DNA from: Curvularia clavata
Lineage: Eukaryota
Length of the DNA: 64,000 bases
Direction: 5' to 3'
Assembly (NCBI GenBank): GCA_023920165.1
Contig: CP089275.1
Span: 124,001 to 188,000, forward strand
Shown here one piece after another: positions 25,948-37,942 of this stretch (positions are counted from its first letter, which is position 1; every line of letters begins with the position of its first letter). The notes below the pieces were generated by a model, which ran no database searches, was not told the origin of the DNA, and worked only from the letters and a program-made list of their open reading frames with translations. The translations under genes and the position numbers were made by a program.

Positions 25948-27138
25948 GATGCAGGTAGTTATGAGCAACAGATGAGGTTGGTAATATAATCGGTGTGTTC
26001 AGTTTTTGGCTTGTTGATTGTGACGGTAGGGGACGTCGTGACCGTCAGAACACCGTTTTCGAAGTCTCCGAGGGGCCTGGCAACATTAAAGGCTATTAGT
26101 ATGAAATCCAGTAGCTCCTTGTAGCTGGCAACAAAGAACATTGGCGACATGTAGAGGGAACCCCATAACATAGACAACTAGGGTCAGTTCAGCACCAGAA
26201 TGTGGACTTTTTGCTTGGAAGGTAGGGAGAAGCAAGCAGCAAGGAATTGGACGACTATGGCAAGTATCTCCGAGACTAGTAAACTCACAACGAGCGTCAA
26301 AGAGAGTCGACGGAAGAATCAATGACAGAGAGTCTGGTGAGTATAACAAACGATATTGAGTGCTTCTGATGCTGACAAGCTTGTTTAGAAGGCATTCACA
26401 AAGGAAAGAAGAGAGATCTGGAAACAAGCGTCTATGTCATGGCGTGGCGGGAAGACAAGCTAAACGTGACGAAATCATGCCGTATTGGGCTGTCCTCAGG
26501 CAATGGGTGACTGAAGACTGCGTGGTGCCAATTCTAGACGACGGTCGCAGGGGCAGACGACACGTGATTTGTAAGATAAGATACGTGTTTGATACTGGAA
26601 AGACGATGGGGTTGCTCGGCCGTTTTCCGCAAAACCAGGTGGGATTCGAGAAGCTTCTACAGGATTGGAAATGGACGTCAACCGCAGCGAAGTGGCCAAT
26701 GCCGCGACCAGGCCGAGATGGCGAAAAAGAAAAGACACAGTGGACGATGGACGGAAGAGATTGACTAAGATGGGAGCCTGTTGCATAGAGGGAGAGGTGC
26801 GAGAGCAGGTTCAAGATGTGAGGGTCGTGTATCGAGGTGCGATGGAAGTCGTGTGGCGGTGCCGAGGTTTGGGTCCGGGGCTATCGGAGCAGGAGCTTGG
26901 ACGTGCGGTCATGATGTCGAGACTAGTGTAGACCATGCGACGTTGCTGAGCAATTCATATCAATGTATGCCGCCACTACACCCCATTGCCTTTTTGCCTT
27001 CATTGTACAACTATCTCTCCCCCTTACACCAACCTCTGTGTGGCCAGGACACGTCTAGTGCGTGTCCCCGCGTGCATTCGTTTCATTCTTTGTACAGTAT
27101 TACCACCACCACCGACCATCACATAATACAAGCACGCC

Positions 27139-30100
27139 ATGTTCCAGAGCCACAACCTGCCGTGGCGGGCAGCCCTCCGACAGGCATCACGCTCGACTTC
27201 TAGGACCATTGTCACCAGGGCATCATCGAGACACCTGCCTGCACAATGCTCAGCGTCTCTGCTTGCACGGCCGCATCACCGATGCCCCTCGCCTCCCGCC
27301 GCCCTCTTCGCATACCGCACCTTCTCGACATCACTGAGCAGACAAAAGGAAAAGGACCCCAAGTCGCCACCGGAGCCATTGGACGAGGCTGCGGCCGAGG
27401 AGACGGATGAGGCCAAGAAGCTGAAGGAGCAACAACGAGCTCGAGATGTCGAGGGCAAGAGTGACACACCTGAGCCAATACCTCAACGGACAGGTTCTGG
27501 GCGTGGCAGCGCAGCGGGCGGAGCTGGCGATGGCGGCGATGGAGGCGGAAAGAAGCGTAAAGGCTCTGAACGGGCTCTCGTCAAACCTTCGATACCCGAC
27601 GTCTACCCACAAGTCATGGCGATACCACTCGTAAAGCGCCCCTTGTTCCCCGGCTTCTACAAGGCCATTACAATTAGAGATCGAGAGGTCGGTCAGGCAA
27701 TTGCCGACATGGTAAAGCGCGGGCAGCCATACATTGGCGCCTTCATGTTCAAGGACGAAACCGCTGACAAGGACGTCATTGACGACCCCAACGAAGTCTA
27801 CGATGTCGGCACATTCTGCCAGGTCACGAGCGCATTCCCTGTGGGCGCCGAGGACAACTTTGCCATGACCTGCGTCCTCTACCCGCACCGCCGTATAAAG
27901 ATGACTGGACTCACGCCACCTGCACAAGCCCCAGAAGAGCCGTCAGTGGCTGAGAGCACATTGGACGAGAGCACCGAAACCCCCGAGGCTGACGGAGGTG
28001 CGGCTCAGTCCAAGGGCGACGTTGTTGCTAGTTTCGAAGAGTCTGCCGCCGAAGAGACCAAGACGGCACAAGGTGCACTGGTTCCCACCATTCTCAAGGG
28101 TCGCAAGGTCAGCATTGCCGATGTGGACAACATGGTGGAAGAGCCCTTTGACCTCAAGTCAAACAAGACAATTCAAGTGCTGGTCAACGAGATTGTCAAC
28201 ACGTTCAAGGGCGTCGCACTCTTGAACCCACTTTTCCGCGACCATGTCTCGACTTTTTCTGTACATACTACCATGAACGTAGGCGAAGACCCTGTTAAGC
28301 TCGCCGACTTTGCCGCTGCTGTAGCGCAAGCCGAGTCGCACGAGCTGCAAGATGCTCTTGAGGAGATGGACATTGAGAAGCGATTGAGCAAAGCCCTAGA
28401 GCTTTTGAAGAAGGAACTCATTAGCGCGGAATTGCAGAAGAAGGTCGCCGACGACGTCAATGCCCGAGTTACGAAGAAGCATCGCGAGTACATGTTGATG
28501 GAGCAGATGAAAGGCATCAAACGCGAGCTTGGCATTGAATCCGATGGCAAAGACAAGCTGATTGAGAAATTCAACGAAAAGGCTAACAAGCTAGCGATGC
28601 CCGAGGCCGTGCGCAAAGTTTTTGAAGAAGAGATGAGCAAGTTACAAGGCCTGGAGCCCAACGGATCCGAGTTTAATGTTACCCGCAATTACCTCGACTG
28701 GCTCACACAGCTACCATGGGGTCTCCGCAGCGCAGAGAACTTTGGCATTCAACACGCCCGCGAAGTCTTGGATGAGGATCACCATGGACTGAAAGACGTA
28801 AAGGACCGCATTCTAGAGTTCATTGCCGTCGGTAAGCTGCGCGGCACTGTCGAAGGCAAGATTCTTTGTCTGGTCGGACCCCCTGGTGTAGGCAAAACAT
28901 CCATTGGAAAATCCATTGCTCGCGCATTGAACCGCCAGTACTATCGTTTCAGCGTCGGTGGCATGTATGATGTAGCCGAGATCAAGGGCCACCGCAGGAC
29001 ATATGTTGGTGCCTTGCCCGGACGCATCATCCAGGCTCTCAAGAAGTGCCAGACTGAGAACCCGCTCGTCTTGATTGATGAGGTGGACAAGATTGGCCGA
29101 AACAGTAACCACGGCGACCCCGCATCCGCTCTCCTTGAGCTGCTCGACCCTGAGCAGAATAGTAGTTTCCTGGATCACTACCTGGATGTACCGGTCGACT
29201 TGTCCAAGGTTCTGTTCGTCTGCACAGCAAACATGGACGAGACCATTCCGCAACCACTACTTGACCGTATGGAGGTAATCCGACTTTCTGGTTATGTTTC
29301 CGACGAGAAGATTGCCATTGCAGAGAAGTACCTCTCCCCTGCCGCCAAGGAGATGAGTGGTTTGAAGGACGCCGACGTTGTGCTAGAGAAGGATGCAATT
29401 GTCGAACTCATCAACAAGTACTGCCGCGAGTCGGGTGTGCGAAACCTGAAGAAGCACATTGAAAAGGTGTACCGGAAGTCAGCATTGAAGATTGTCACTG
29501 ATGTGGGCGAGGAGGCGCTTCCAGAAGACGCAGCTCTGACGGAAGAGGGCAAGGCTGCGCAGCAGGAGTCGAACAAGGACGAAAGCGACCCCAAGGAGAC
29601 GCCAAAGAACATGGAACAGCAGACTGCCGAAAAGCCTCGTGTGGCGCTCAAGGTACCGGATTCAGTACACGTCTCTATCAACAAGGACAATCTCAAAGAC
29701 TACGTTGGCCCGCCCATTTTCACCTCTGACCGCCTATACGACTTCACACCGCCCGGTGTTGCCATGGGTTTGGCATGGACCTCCATGGGTGGCTCTGCGC
29801 TCTACATTGAGTCCATCCTGCAGAACGCACTGTCAGCCTCGTCGTCACCCGGCCTGGAGCGCAGTGGTTCGCTTCGGGACGTCATGAAGGAGTCGACTGG
29901 TGTCGCCTACTCGTTTGCAAAGAGCATTCTAGCCCGCGATTTCCCCAAGAACAAGTTCTTCGAGCACGCAAGGATACACCTGCACTGCCCCGAGGGCGGT
30001 ACCCCCAAGGACGGACCGAGTGCTGGTATCACCATGGCTACCAGCTTGCTTAGTCTGGCGCTCAACAAGAAGATCAGAGACGACGTCGCCATGACTGGCG

Positions 30101-30488
30101 AGCTCACGCTTACCGGAAAGGTGCTGAGGATCGGTGGACTGCGCGAAAAGACTGTTGCGGCACGGAGAGCGGGCGCGAAGACAGTCATCTTCCCACATGA
30201 CAACATGAGTGACTGGCTCGAGCTGCCAGAGGTACGTACCCTTGCTCTCCTCCACATGAAGAAAAGCACAATTTGCTAACACAGGCACAGAACATCAAAG
30301 AAGGCATCGAAGGCCGCCCAGTATCCTGGTACCAGGAAGTCTTTGACATTGTGTTCCCTGACCTCGACAAGGACGCCGCCAACAAGCTGTGGGAAAAGGA
30401 ACTCAAGCCCAAGAAGGGAGACCGCAAGAAGCGCGAGCAGAAGAGGAAAGAGGAGGAGGAAGAAGAATCCGGTGATGACGATGATTAG
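27139..30488 (+). CDS. PIM1: Mitochondrial Lon protease
   Basis: Arg/Ser-rich presequence; Lon N-domain RPLFPGFYKAI; Walker A GPPGVGKTS; Walker B LIDEVDK; catalytic PKDGPSAG and IGGLREK; intron 30232-30290. Confidence 0.97.
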
Positions 30489-32647
30489 AACAAGCCACGT
30501 ACCGTTGGAATTGGAATTGTAAGATATGTACAGTGACTACTAGAAGGAGGAGCGGGATACGAACTGCTACCTTGCAACGCAAAGCGCATTCTAGGCGTTT
30601 TTTTATTTTCTTCTCATACTTGATGATGGCTTTTTTGGTAAAGCATTTTTTGGGGGAGGAAGGGGTAAAAAGGCCATTTGATCTACGGATGGATGGATGG
30701 ATTGCCCAATTGCATTCTTGGGTCATGAAATGACGAATGAAATTCTCTCTTCTCTGATCTTCAGCACGGCCTGACTTGCGTCGTTTATTTTTGCTGTAGT
30801 GATGCATGTGAGACTGGAGGGGAAATACCCGTTGCTTCTACTTTTCTAGAATAGCGGATAGAGTGGGAAAAAAGAGAATAGTATGTAGCGGAAACCATGG
30901 ATTCTGGGACTGACGAAAGGTGGAAGGGAACATGGCGCGGCTCGGTCCGTTACGTACCGTACCCGATACGTTTTTCCCACCTAGTACAAGCCGTACCTAC
31001 AACCTACCTTTTTTTCCCCTTCGTGTTGTAACGGGCGAAAGTCGCAGTTTGCCAACATTTGCACTGTCGGTATTCTGGACAAACGGAGCGATCTACTGCC
31101 GACGCTTTTTAATTCTTTTCTAATATTAACCTACACAGCGCGCCAGCCGCCGCAGACAGTGGTGTCATCTCAGCATGCGCAACACGTTGTCTGTGCACCT
31201 ACTTGTCATTGGTTTGAGACCTGTGTACATACTTGAGCCATAGCGGATCGGACATCTCTCTGCTTTGGAAGTGTGCGTTGGTTCGCACAATCACTTTTTT
31301 TTATTCTCGCTGTTCTCTTGCTGTGACTGCGTGGCGTGGCGTGGCCCTGCATACTGCAAGTGTAATGCGTTGCGTGAGCATGAACCATATTGACGTGTCA
31401 AGGACGTGGGTAGACGGGGGCACGGCAGGTAAGATTCGAGGATACAGATTGATGAAAGGGACAACGCATACTGCGAACCAGAGGGCACGAATCAAGGCTC
31501 CTCGATCACCTTTTTTTTTCCTTTTGCTTATCACGATGTCTCGTGGGGAATGACACGAAGCAAGGGGGAGTTGCTGTGGTGTGTTTGAGATTTTGAGCTC
31601 ATGACGATAGTGTGGATTTATGTCTGTGGAAGTGGGCAGTGAAAAGAGGGCTTGCACTATTGTTTTGTTGAGCCGCAACATGGCACAGTTGGTGCATGTA
31701 GATATGTATAGTTGTGTAATATGTGCGGAAGGCTAGCACGCGCGAGTGGCGCAGTTGACAGGTCGGGAGAGAAACCGCAGAATCTCATGTCTCAACCCAT
31801 GTACCTGCTGCCGTTGAGACATCTTTCGGGCAAGGTACGAGAAATCTAGGCACGTCGGGCGAGCAGTCCCGTCTTTCCTCGACGCCGGCGAAAAACAAGG
31901 GCTGGCTGTGCGTCCTGTTGAGTGGGGAGCAAGGGCGGTTGCATGTCGCGTTTCCAGTCAGCACCGAGAGACGATTCCGCGAGGACGTCGAGGTGCAGTA
32001 GCCTGCCCCTCGTCTGCACGTCGACTAATGTATGCAGGCCCGAAGAGGGGTTTTGCGTACATGCTAACGTGAAGGATTGATGAGGGGCGGGATGGCGCCA
32101 GAAGGGGGGGGACAGGCCGGGAGAAGAGGCTGTCACTCGAGGCCAGAAATGCAGCGCAGCTGTCAAGTGGACGCAAAGGGGGCGAGAGAGTCAGTGTGAG
32201 TGACGCTGGAGCCAGAAAGCCAAAATGTGTGTGACGCTCACCGCAGGTTGGTGGAGTTGGCTGCCACACCCGGGGCGGAGGCCAATCAGTGGCAGAGTCG
32301 GCGGTACCAGACGGCTTTTCTTTGCCTCGCCCGCGCTTGATTTGTCGGCACGAGATGCGAATTCGGACTTTTGCTGTCTGCCTGCTGGGCGTGCTGCAGG
32401 CGCAAGAGGGCCCTCTTTTTTTTTCCGTCGAGTGTCCAATGGCCAGGAATGGCGCTTGACCGCCAGCTGTCTAACGACAACGACAGCAATGCCCAAAACG
32501 GTGCGGTGCTGCCACAGACTTTTGTCGCTGAAATCTGCCCTCGCACCTTTTTTTCTCACCCACCCATCCGTTCGCTGCCATTCCCCCGCATTTGTGCGAC
32601 TCGAGTTCTCTGGTACCGGCACTGCAGGATACGCTAACGTGCGTCGT

Positions 32648-32676
32648 CGTGTGTGTGTCTGTGTGTGTGTGTGTGG
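32648..32676. repeat. Imperfect (GT)n microsatellite
   Basis: gtgtgtgtgtctgtgtgtgtgtgtgtgg. Confidence 0.8.
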
Positions 32677-33392
32677 TGTTGCTAAGCCGGCTTGACGGGC
32701 AGAGTCGCGTCGTCTTTTGTGCTGTGATTGGCTCCCGCCAGCCCAGCCTTCAGTCGCGCTTTCATCCCATCCCGACTTACATCAGACTCATCATCATCAT
32801 CATCGCTCCTCGTCGCATTCCTCGCCGTCCGTCTGCCTGTCGGTCCCTTGCCCCAGCCTCCCGCACAACGACTGCCGCTCCTCAGCCACTCCGCCGCCGA
32901 CCCGACTGCGCCCTTTGCAAGACATTGATCCGTCGTCCGCCCGTCTGCCTTTGATTGAGGTTAGGCGCCAGCCGACTCCCTGGAATGTCGCTTGGGCGTC
33001 AATAAAAACACCTCTCGGTCTTGCCCGTCATTCGCACGTCGGGACTGCCCAGACCCAAGCACAGAGATTAGCACAAAGGGAAAAGCAAATCAGAGAGGAA
33101 AAAATAACCACCCTCCACATCCAAGAGAGGGGCAAATGTCCATGGACATAGCGAGCCACAGTCACACACGACCGCGAAACAGCATGCAGCCCGCGCCAAA
33201 CACATAGAACAACTTCACCCGATTCGAAACCACCCACCAAATTTACCCCCGCCATCTTACCGACAGGAGCCCTGTTCGAGTCACTCGGTCCCCTACGCGC
33301 CAGGCAATCAACTGGCCAGGGGGCGAGTCGCAAAGTCGACGACACACCGCCGCACTCCGTACGACGTGTGCGACGGCCAGTCTGAGGAGAAG

Positions 33393-36300
33393 ATGCCGTT
33401 GCCATCGGCTGACAATGGCGAGACGAGCAGCAGCCGCAGCAAGCAGAGGGCGCGCGCAGAAGTCAGCGAGCACAGAAGCATGTGGGACCGCTTGAGCTTC
33501 CAAAAGATTGGCGCATGGCTGAAGAAGGACGAGCAGGAACCGCCACCATCTTCGACCAAGGCTGCGAAACCTGCAGAGGAAAAGACAAAGGAGCCTACTC
33601 GGCCCCATTCCAGTGGCGGACTGCTGGGGCGCAGAGGCAGCAAGAAGGTCATCCCAGGGCTGCCTAGACCCTTGACATTTAAGCGAATGCAGAGTGAAAA
33701 GAGGGACAGACTGCTCGAAGTACCTGTTCAAGGTGAGCACCGGAGAGCCGCCTCGGTGGACCGTCAGAGTTCTGCACCCTCGAAGCGAGACATTTCGCCG
33801 CCTCCCCTCTCGGCTCCCTCCATATCTGCGCCCAACGTTCTGAGCCTGTGTGAAAGTCACACCAAACAAGAGCCGCCTCCCGCTACAGAGGAACGTACAA
33901 TAGGCGGAGGCCCAGACTCAAATCTGCCACCCGGTGCACGCCAGGTAGACTATGGCATCGAAGAATCAGAGGATTACATGTCTGCAGGCGGCTCCATTCA
34001 CGAACTGCTGCCCCCACCGCCACCCTCGCAGTCTCCACCGCCGCCGCCATCACTGCCGCCGCCATCCATACCGCTACCACCGCCTGTCGAGGTAGCAGAT
34101 GCCTTCTCCGAGCATGGATCGCACCACTCAGCATCTGTCATCGACGACATACGCTTGCAGGAAGAACTGGAAGCAAAATGGATCTTGAACCTCAGTATGC
34201 ACTTCCGCGACATGTCGGACCGTGAAAAGTTCTTTGTTACTTTTGCAGAAGAGCCAAACAGATGGAGAAGGGTTACCGTGTCTTGCGACTATCGAAATAT
34301 AGAACCAGACTCGCTTGAAGCTGATCTCAAGACTCTCCACTACCAGCGCGACAAGAGTTCGCGCATCTACGAAGCCATTCGCGATTCTCTACCCGCTATC
34401 CAGTTTTACGATACCGTAACAAATCTCAAGCTTGAGACGACAGACGGCCGCCTCCACGTTCATGTCACTGAAGATGTCAACGAAATCATTCCCTACCCTT
34501 CCGTTTCTGCAATCGAGCATTTGGACTGCAAGAGCTTTCGAGAAGACGCCGTTACTTTTGACTCGCACATATCTGGCTTCGTGTACAAAGTCTCCGTTAA
34601 CAATCGGATATTGATAAAAAAGGAAATCCCAGGTCCAGACGCAGTCGAAGAGTTTCTGTATGAGATCAACGCGCTTGTTAGTGTACAAAAGTCAAAGTCT
34701 GTCATCAGGTTCGAAGGCGTTATTGTTGATGAGCGAAGCGAGTACATCAAGGGACTTTTGATCAGCTATGCCGAGCAAGGTGCGTTGGTGGACATGATTT
34801 ACGATTTCAAGACAACAAGTCATCTGTACTGGGAGCGTCGTGAGCGATGGGCAAGACAGATCATACAAGGTCTTTCCGAGATTCATGAGGCAGGATTTGT
34901 CCAAGGGGATTTTACTCTGTCCAACATTGTCATTGACAACGATGACAACGCGAAGATCATCGACATTAACCGCCGCGGCTGCCCAGTCGGATGGGAGCCC
35001 CCCGAGCTGGCCAAACTCATCGAAAGTGGTCAGCGCATATCCATATACATTGGTGTCAAGTCAGATCTGTTTCAGCTCGGAATGGTACTTTGGGCCCTAG
35101 CAGAGCAGCAGGATGAGCCTGAGCGTCAACAACGACCGCTGATCCGCACATTGGACCGACGCGATTCTGATATCCCACTCTACTTCCGCGACATCATCCG
35201 AGCATGCTTGAGCGACGCGCCCCAATCTAGACCATCAGCTGCAAATCTTCTCAAGCGTTTTCCGGAAAACGTACTAGAAGATAACTACAAGCCCAGGGCT
35301 GCTGTTAGGGACAGCATCTCCACACATAGGAGTGACAAGGAGTATATCGACCCAAGGACAGCAGTTGGCTTGGAAGACATTTCTAATCACCGTCGCCATT
35401 CGAGACAGCAATCCTTGTTTGAAGAGATCCATGTTCCACGCACAGAGTACCCTGAGTCGTCAGGCTCTTTCATCATACCGAATGAACGCTCCGAACGAGG
35501 CCGCTCTCCACGCCCTCTCAGCGTCAGCGACAGGAATAGACGGAGTGACACCTCGCGCTCACCTTATCCCGGCTATCGGTCCGTCATGTCGCTCGACGAC
35601 TCGGAACTCGAAAACGAACTTGCAAGCCTACCGGCTAGCAGGGAAACTAGATGGGAGCAAGTCTATGTAGATGGAGACACTAAGCTCGTGCAAAGAGCAT
35701 GCGGAGACCTCGATGTGCACGACTTTGCGACGCAGGAGCCGAAAGACATTTGCATTACAAGTCCACCAGGCGAGATGGAGGATTCGTTCGTAGGCAGTAA
35801 AACGTCTGAGGATACCCCACTGGGCTTGTCGATGACCAACGGACTTCAACGCATCGAGTCACAATCCATGAGGAACAGCTTACAAGAGTCATCTGAAAAG
35901 GGCCAATCTCGTAGTGTGGGGAATGAGGCTTCCTTCAGCGAACGTGTACACAACATGACTCAGTCATGGCCAAAATCGTCGCAAACACCCCCTCAGCCTG
36001 CCGAAACTCCAGACTTCTATTACGACAGCCAGCAGCCGCAAAAGCCAGACTCCGTCACGCTAGCCAATCTCGAGCACGATGTTGCCATGGATTCTTCCGC
36101 ACCCAGCACTGAACCTCCATCGCGCACGAGCACCGGCTTCTCCATATTTGATCGCCCAGAACTAGCATCCAGGAGAGTGAGGACAGGCCTCTCGGTCGCA
36201 CAAGGATACCGAATGCCTTTGCACCAAGACTCGGGTTTTGGAGAACCAGAACGGGTGTCATACGAGAGCGAAAGGATACGGCATAGTCTTGATGAGAGTA

Positions 36301-36932
36301 TCAAGGATCTGCAGTTTTCAGCCGACGAAGAGGCACGAATCGACGAGAGATTGTGGGATGAGAAGGATGGCACTCTATTTGGGGAAGGCGTGGATGATGC
36401 CGACCTGGAGATCCAGTCGCTGTCGACAGCAGTGTACAATAATCCGCCATCACCCCGCAAAGAGCAGAAGCCTTTCACCACATCGATGCCTCCACCTCCA
36501 ATACCGAGTGTTGGACCGAAGAACATAGTCCGTATTTCTGATGTCGAAGACAAGGCCTTGGGAGAAAAGACCTCGGACACCACGATCCGTCCCCCCAGCG
36601 CCCTCGCCTCAGACTCCAATCGGAGGAGCTCAAAGCCAGTAGACTCTTCCATGGACGTCGCATCCAGCAACATCACCGGCCCAACTCCAGTTACAAAGAC
36701 TCGGACAGAGACAAAGCTAGACACAACCTTATCCAGCACTCCATCCGCAAAACCCACCCCACAATCATCCCGCACGACACGAGCCGAAAAACCAGCTCGT
36801 GACCCCCTCTACAACGAGTACCTCTCCGGAACTGAGCATTCCGACGACGATGACGACAAGGATCCTAACGACGCTAACAGAAAAGCGTCAAATGATCTGT
36901 CCGACTACCTTTCTCACTCTATTTTCCTTTAA
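33393..36932 (+). CDS. Fungal protein kinase-like protein with long disordered termini
   Basis: Single long ORF; kinase subdomains IKKEI, EFLYEINAL, VQGDFTLSNIV, IIDIN, GWEPPE, KSDLFQLG, RPSA. Confidence 0.88.
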   Translation: MPLPSADNGETSSSRSKQRARAEVSEHRSMWDRLSFQKIGAWLKKDEQEPPPSSTKAAKPAEEKTKEPTRPHSSGGLLGRRGSKKVIPGLPRPLTFKRMQSEKRDRLLEVPVQGEHRRAASVDRQSSAPSKRDISPPPLSAPSISAPNVLSLCESHTKQEPPPATEERTIGGGPDSNLPPGARQVDYGIEESEDYMSAGGSIHELLPPPPPSQSPPPPPSLPPPSIPLPPPVEVADAFSEHGSHHSASVIDDIRLQEELEAKWILNLSMHFRDMSDREKFFVTFAEEPNRWRRVTVSCDYRNIEPDSLEADLKTLHYQRDKSSRIYEAIRDSLPAIQFYDTVTNLKLETTDGRLHVHVTEDVNEIIPYPSVSAIEHLDCKSFREDAVTFDSHISGFVYKVSVNNRILIKKEIPGPDAVEEFLYEINALVSVQKSKSVIRFEGVIVDERSEYIKGLLISYAEQGALVDMIYDFKTTSHLYWERRERWARQIIQGLSEIHEAGFVQGDFTLSNIVIDNDDNAKIIDINRRGCPVGWEPPELAKLIESGQRISIYIGVKSDLFQLGMVLWALAEQQDEPERQQRPLIRTLDRRDSDIPLYFRDIIRACLSDAPQSRPSAANLLKRFPENVLEDNYKPRAAVRDSISTHRSDKEYIDPRTAVGLEDISNHRRHSRQQSLFEEIHVPRTEYPESSGSFIIPNERSERGRSPRPLSVSDRNRRSDTSRSPYPGYRSVMSLDDSELENELASLPASRETRWEQVYVDGDTKLVQRACGDLDVHDFATQEPKDICITSPPGEMEDSFVGSKTSEDTPLGLSMTNGLQRIESQSMRNSLQESSEKGQSRSVGNEASFSERVHNMTQSWPKSSQTPPQPAETPDFYYDSQQPQKPDSVTLANLEHDVAMDSSAPSTEPPSRTSTGFSIFDRPELASRRVRTGLSVAQGYRMPLHQDSGFGEPERVSYESERIRHSLDESIKDLQFSADEEARIDERLWDEKDGTLFGEGVDDADLEIQSLSTAVYNNPPSPRKEQKPFTTSMPPPPIPSVGPKNIVRISDVEDKALGEKTSDTTIRPPSALASDSNRRSSKPVDSSMDVASSNITGPTPVTKTRTETKLDTTLSSTPSAKPTPQSSRTTRAEKPARDPLYNEYLSGTEHSDDDDDKDPNDANRKASNDLSDYLSHSIFL

Positions 36933-37942
36933 CCACCACTCCATTGAATTTTTTTACATAAGCGAACAAACATGAGAAGAAGATGCGGGTTGCGGTTCGC
37001 GAGGACCAAAAAGTTTGGAAAAATATTTTTTTGACTATTGCTGCTAGACATCTTCTTCTTCCTCTTCTTTTTTCTTTCTTCATTTCTTCTCCTAGGGATT
37101 TCGAATTGGTTTACATTTGTATTACATTACTACCGAAGATGTTCATCTTCCGTTCGTTTCTCTCTCTCTTCTCCTTTTTTCTTTCGGGTTCTTTTTTTTG
37201 ATACCTCTTCTATTCCCCTTTGCGATATTCAACCAAATCGAAGTCTCACGACAATTTTTCTTTTTCTATTTCTCTGCTCCTTCTTACATAGCTCTTGGTT
37301 TAATTTACGTGCCGAAATTCTATTCTCTACTCTTGTTTTTTTTTTTCAAGTTGCTTTGCCGCTCGTTTTGGGCAATATCGCTACGCGGTTGTTGCCTATG
37401 AATGATGTGTACGATTTCTTTGGTTCGGGAATGAAGCTGGTTTGTAGGACTCGATGATATGGCGTTGAAATGGTTGGTTGTTTATTGGCGATTAGAAACG
37501 TTCATTTGGTGGGAGTTGATGGAATTCATGGGCATTTATAGCGAAATATCACGCGTTTTTTGGAACAATGTGGCTGAAGTGTTGATTGCTATGCAGTGAA
37601 TATGTGTGTGAGATGTGTAGAAGGCAATGCGTTTACGAGTACATGCTGTTAAACCATCTCACGCTTTTCGAATCCATCCAGATGGCACCAACACTCCCCC
37701 AAGCTTACCAATCTGCTCATTCACACTCACGAATCAACTCATTCACTCAAGCCTCAACCAAAAAAAGTGAGAATAAAATCTTCCTGAGAATATATTTCTA
37801 TTTATAAAAACATAATTTGGGTCATGATGAACTACCTCCCTTCACCAAGCTGCCATGTATCACAGATACACAGTCCAACCCCTCAAACCGTTCCCCACCT
37901 TCGTAACCACACACAGGAGAAAAGAACAAAGGAATTGAGAGC

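Noticed and set aside
5000..26000. Starship or other large mobile element carrying the accessory genes
   Set aside because: No tyrosine recombinase, transposase or terminal repeats recognised.
25959..26931. Short ORFs upstream of Lon
   Set aside because: No motif, and no splice donor matching the apparent acceptor.
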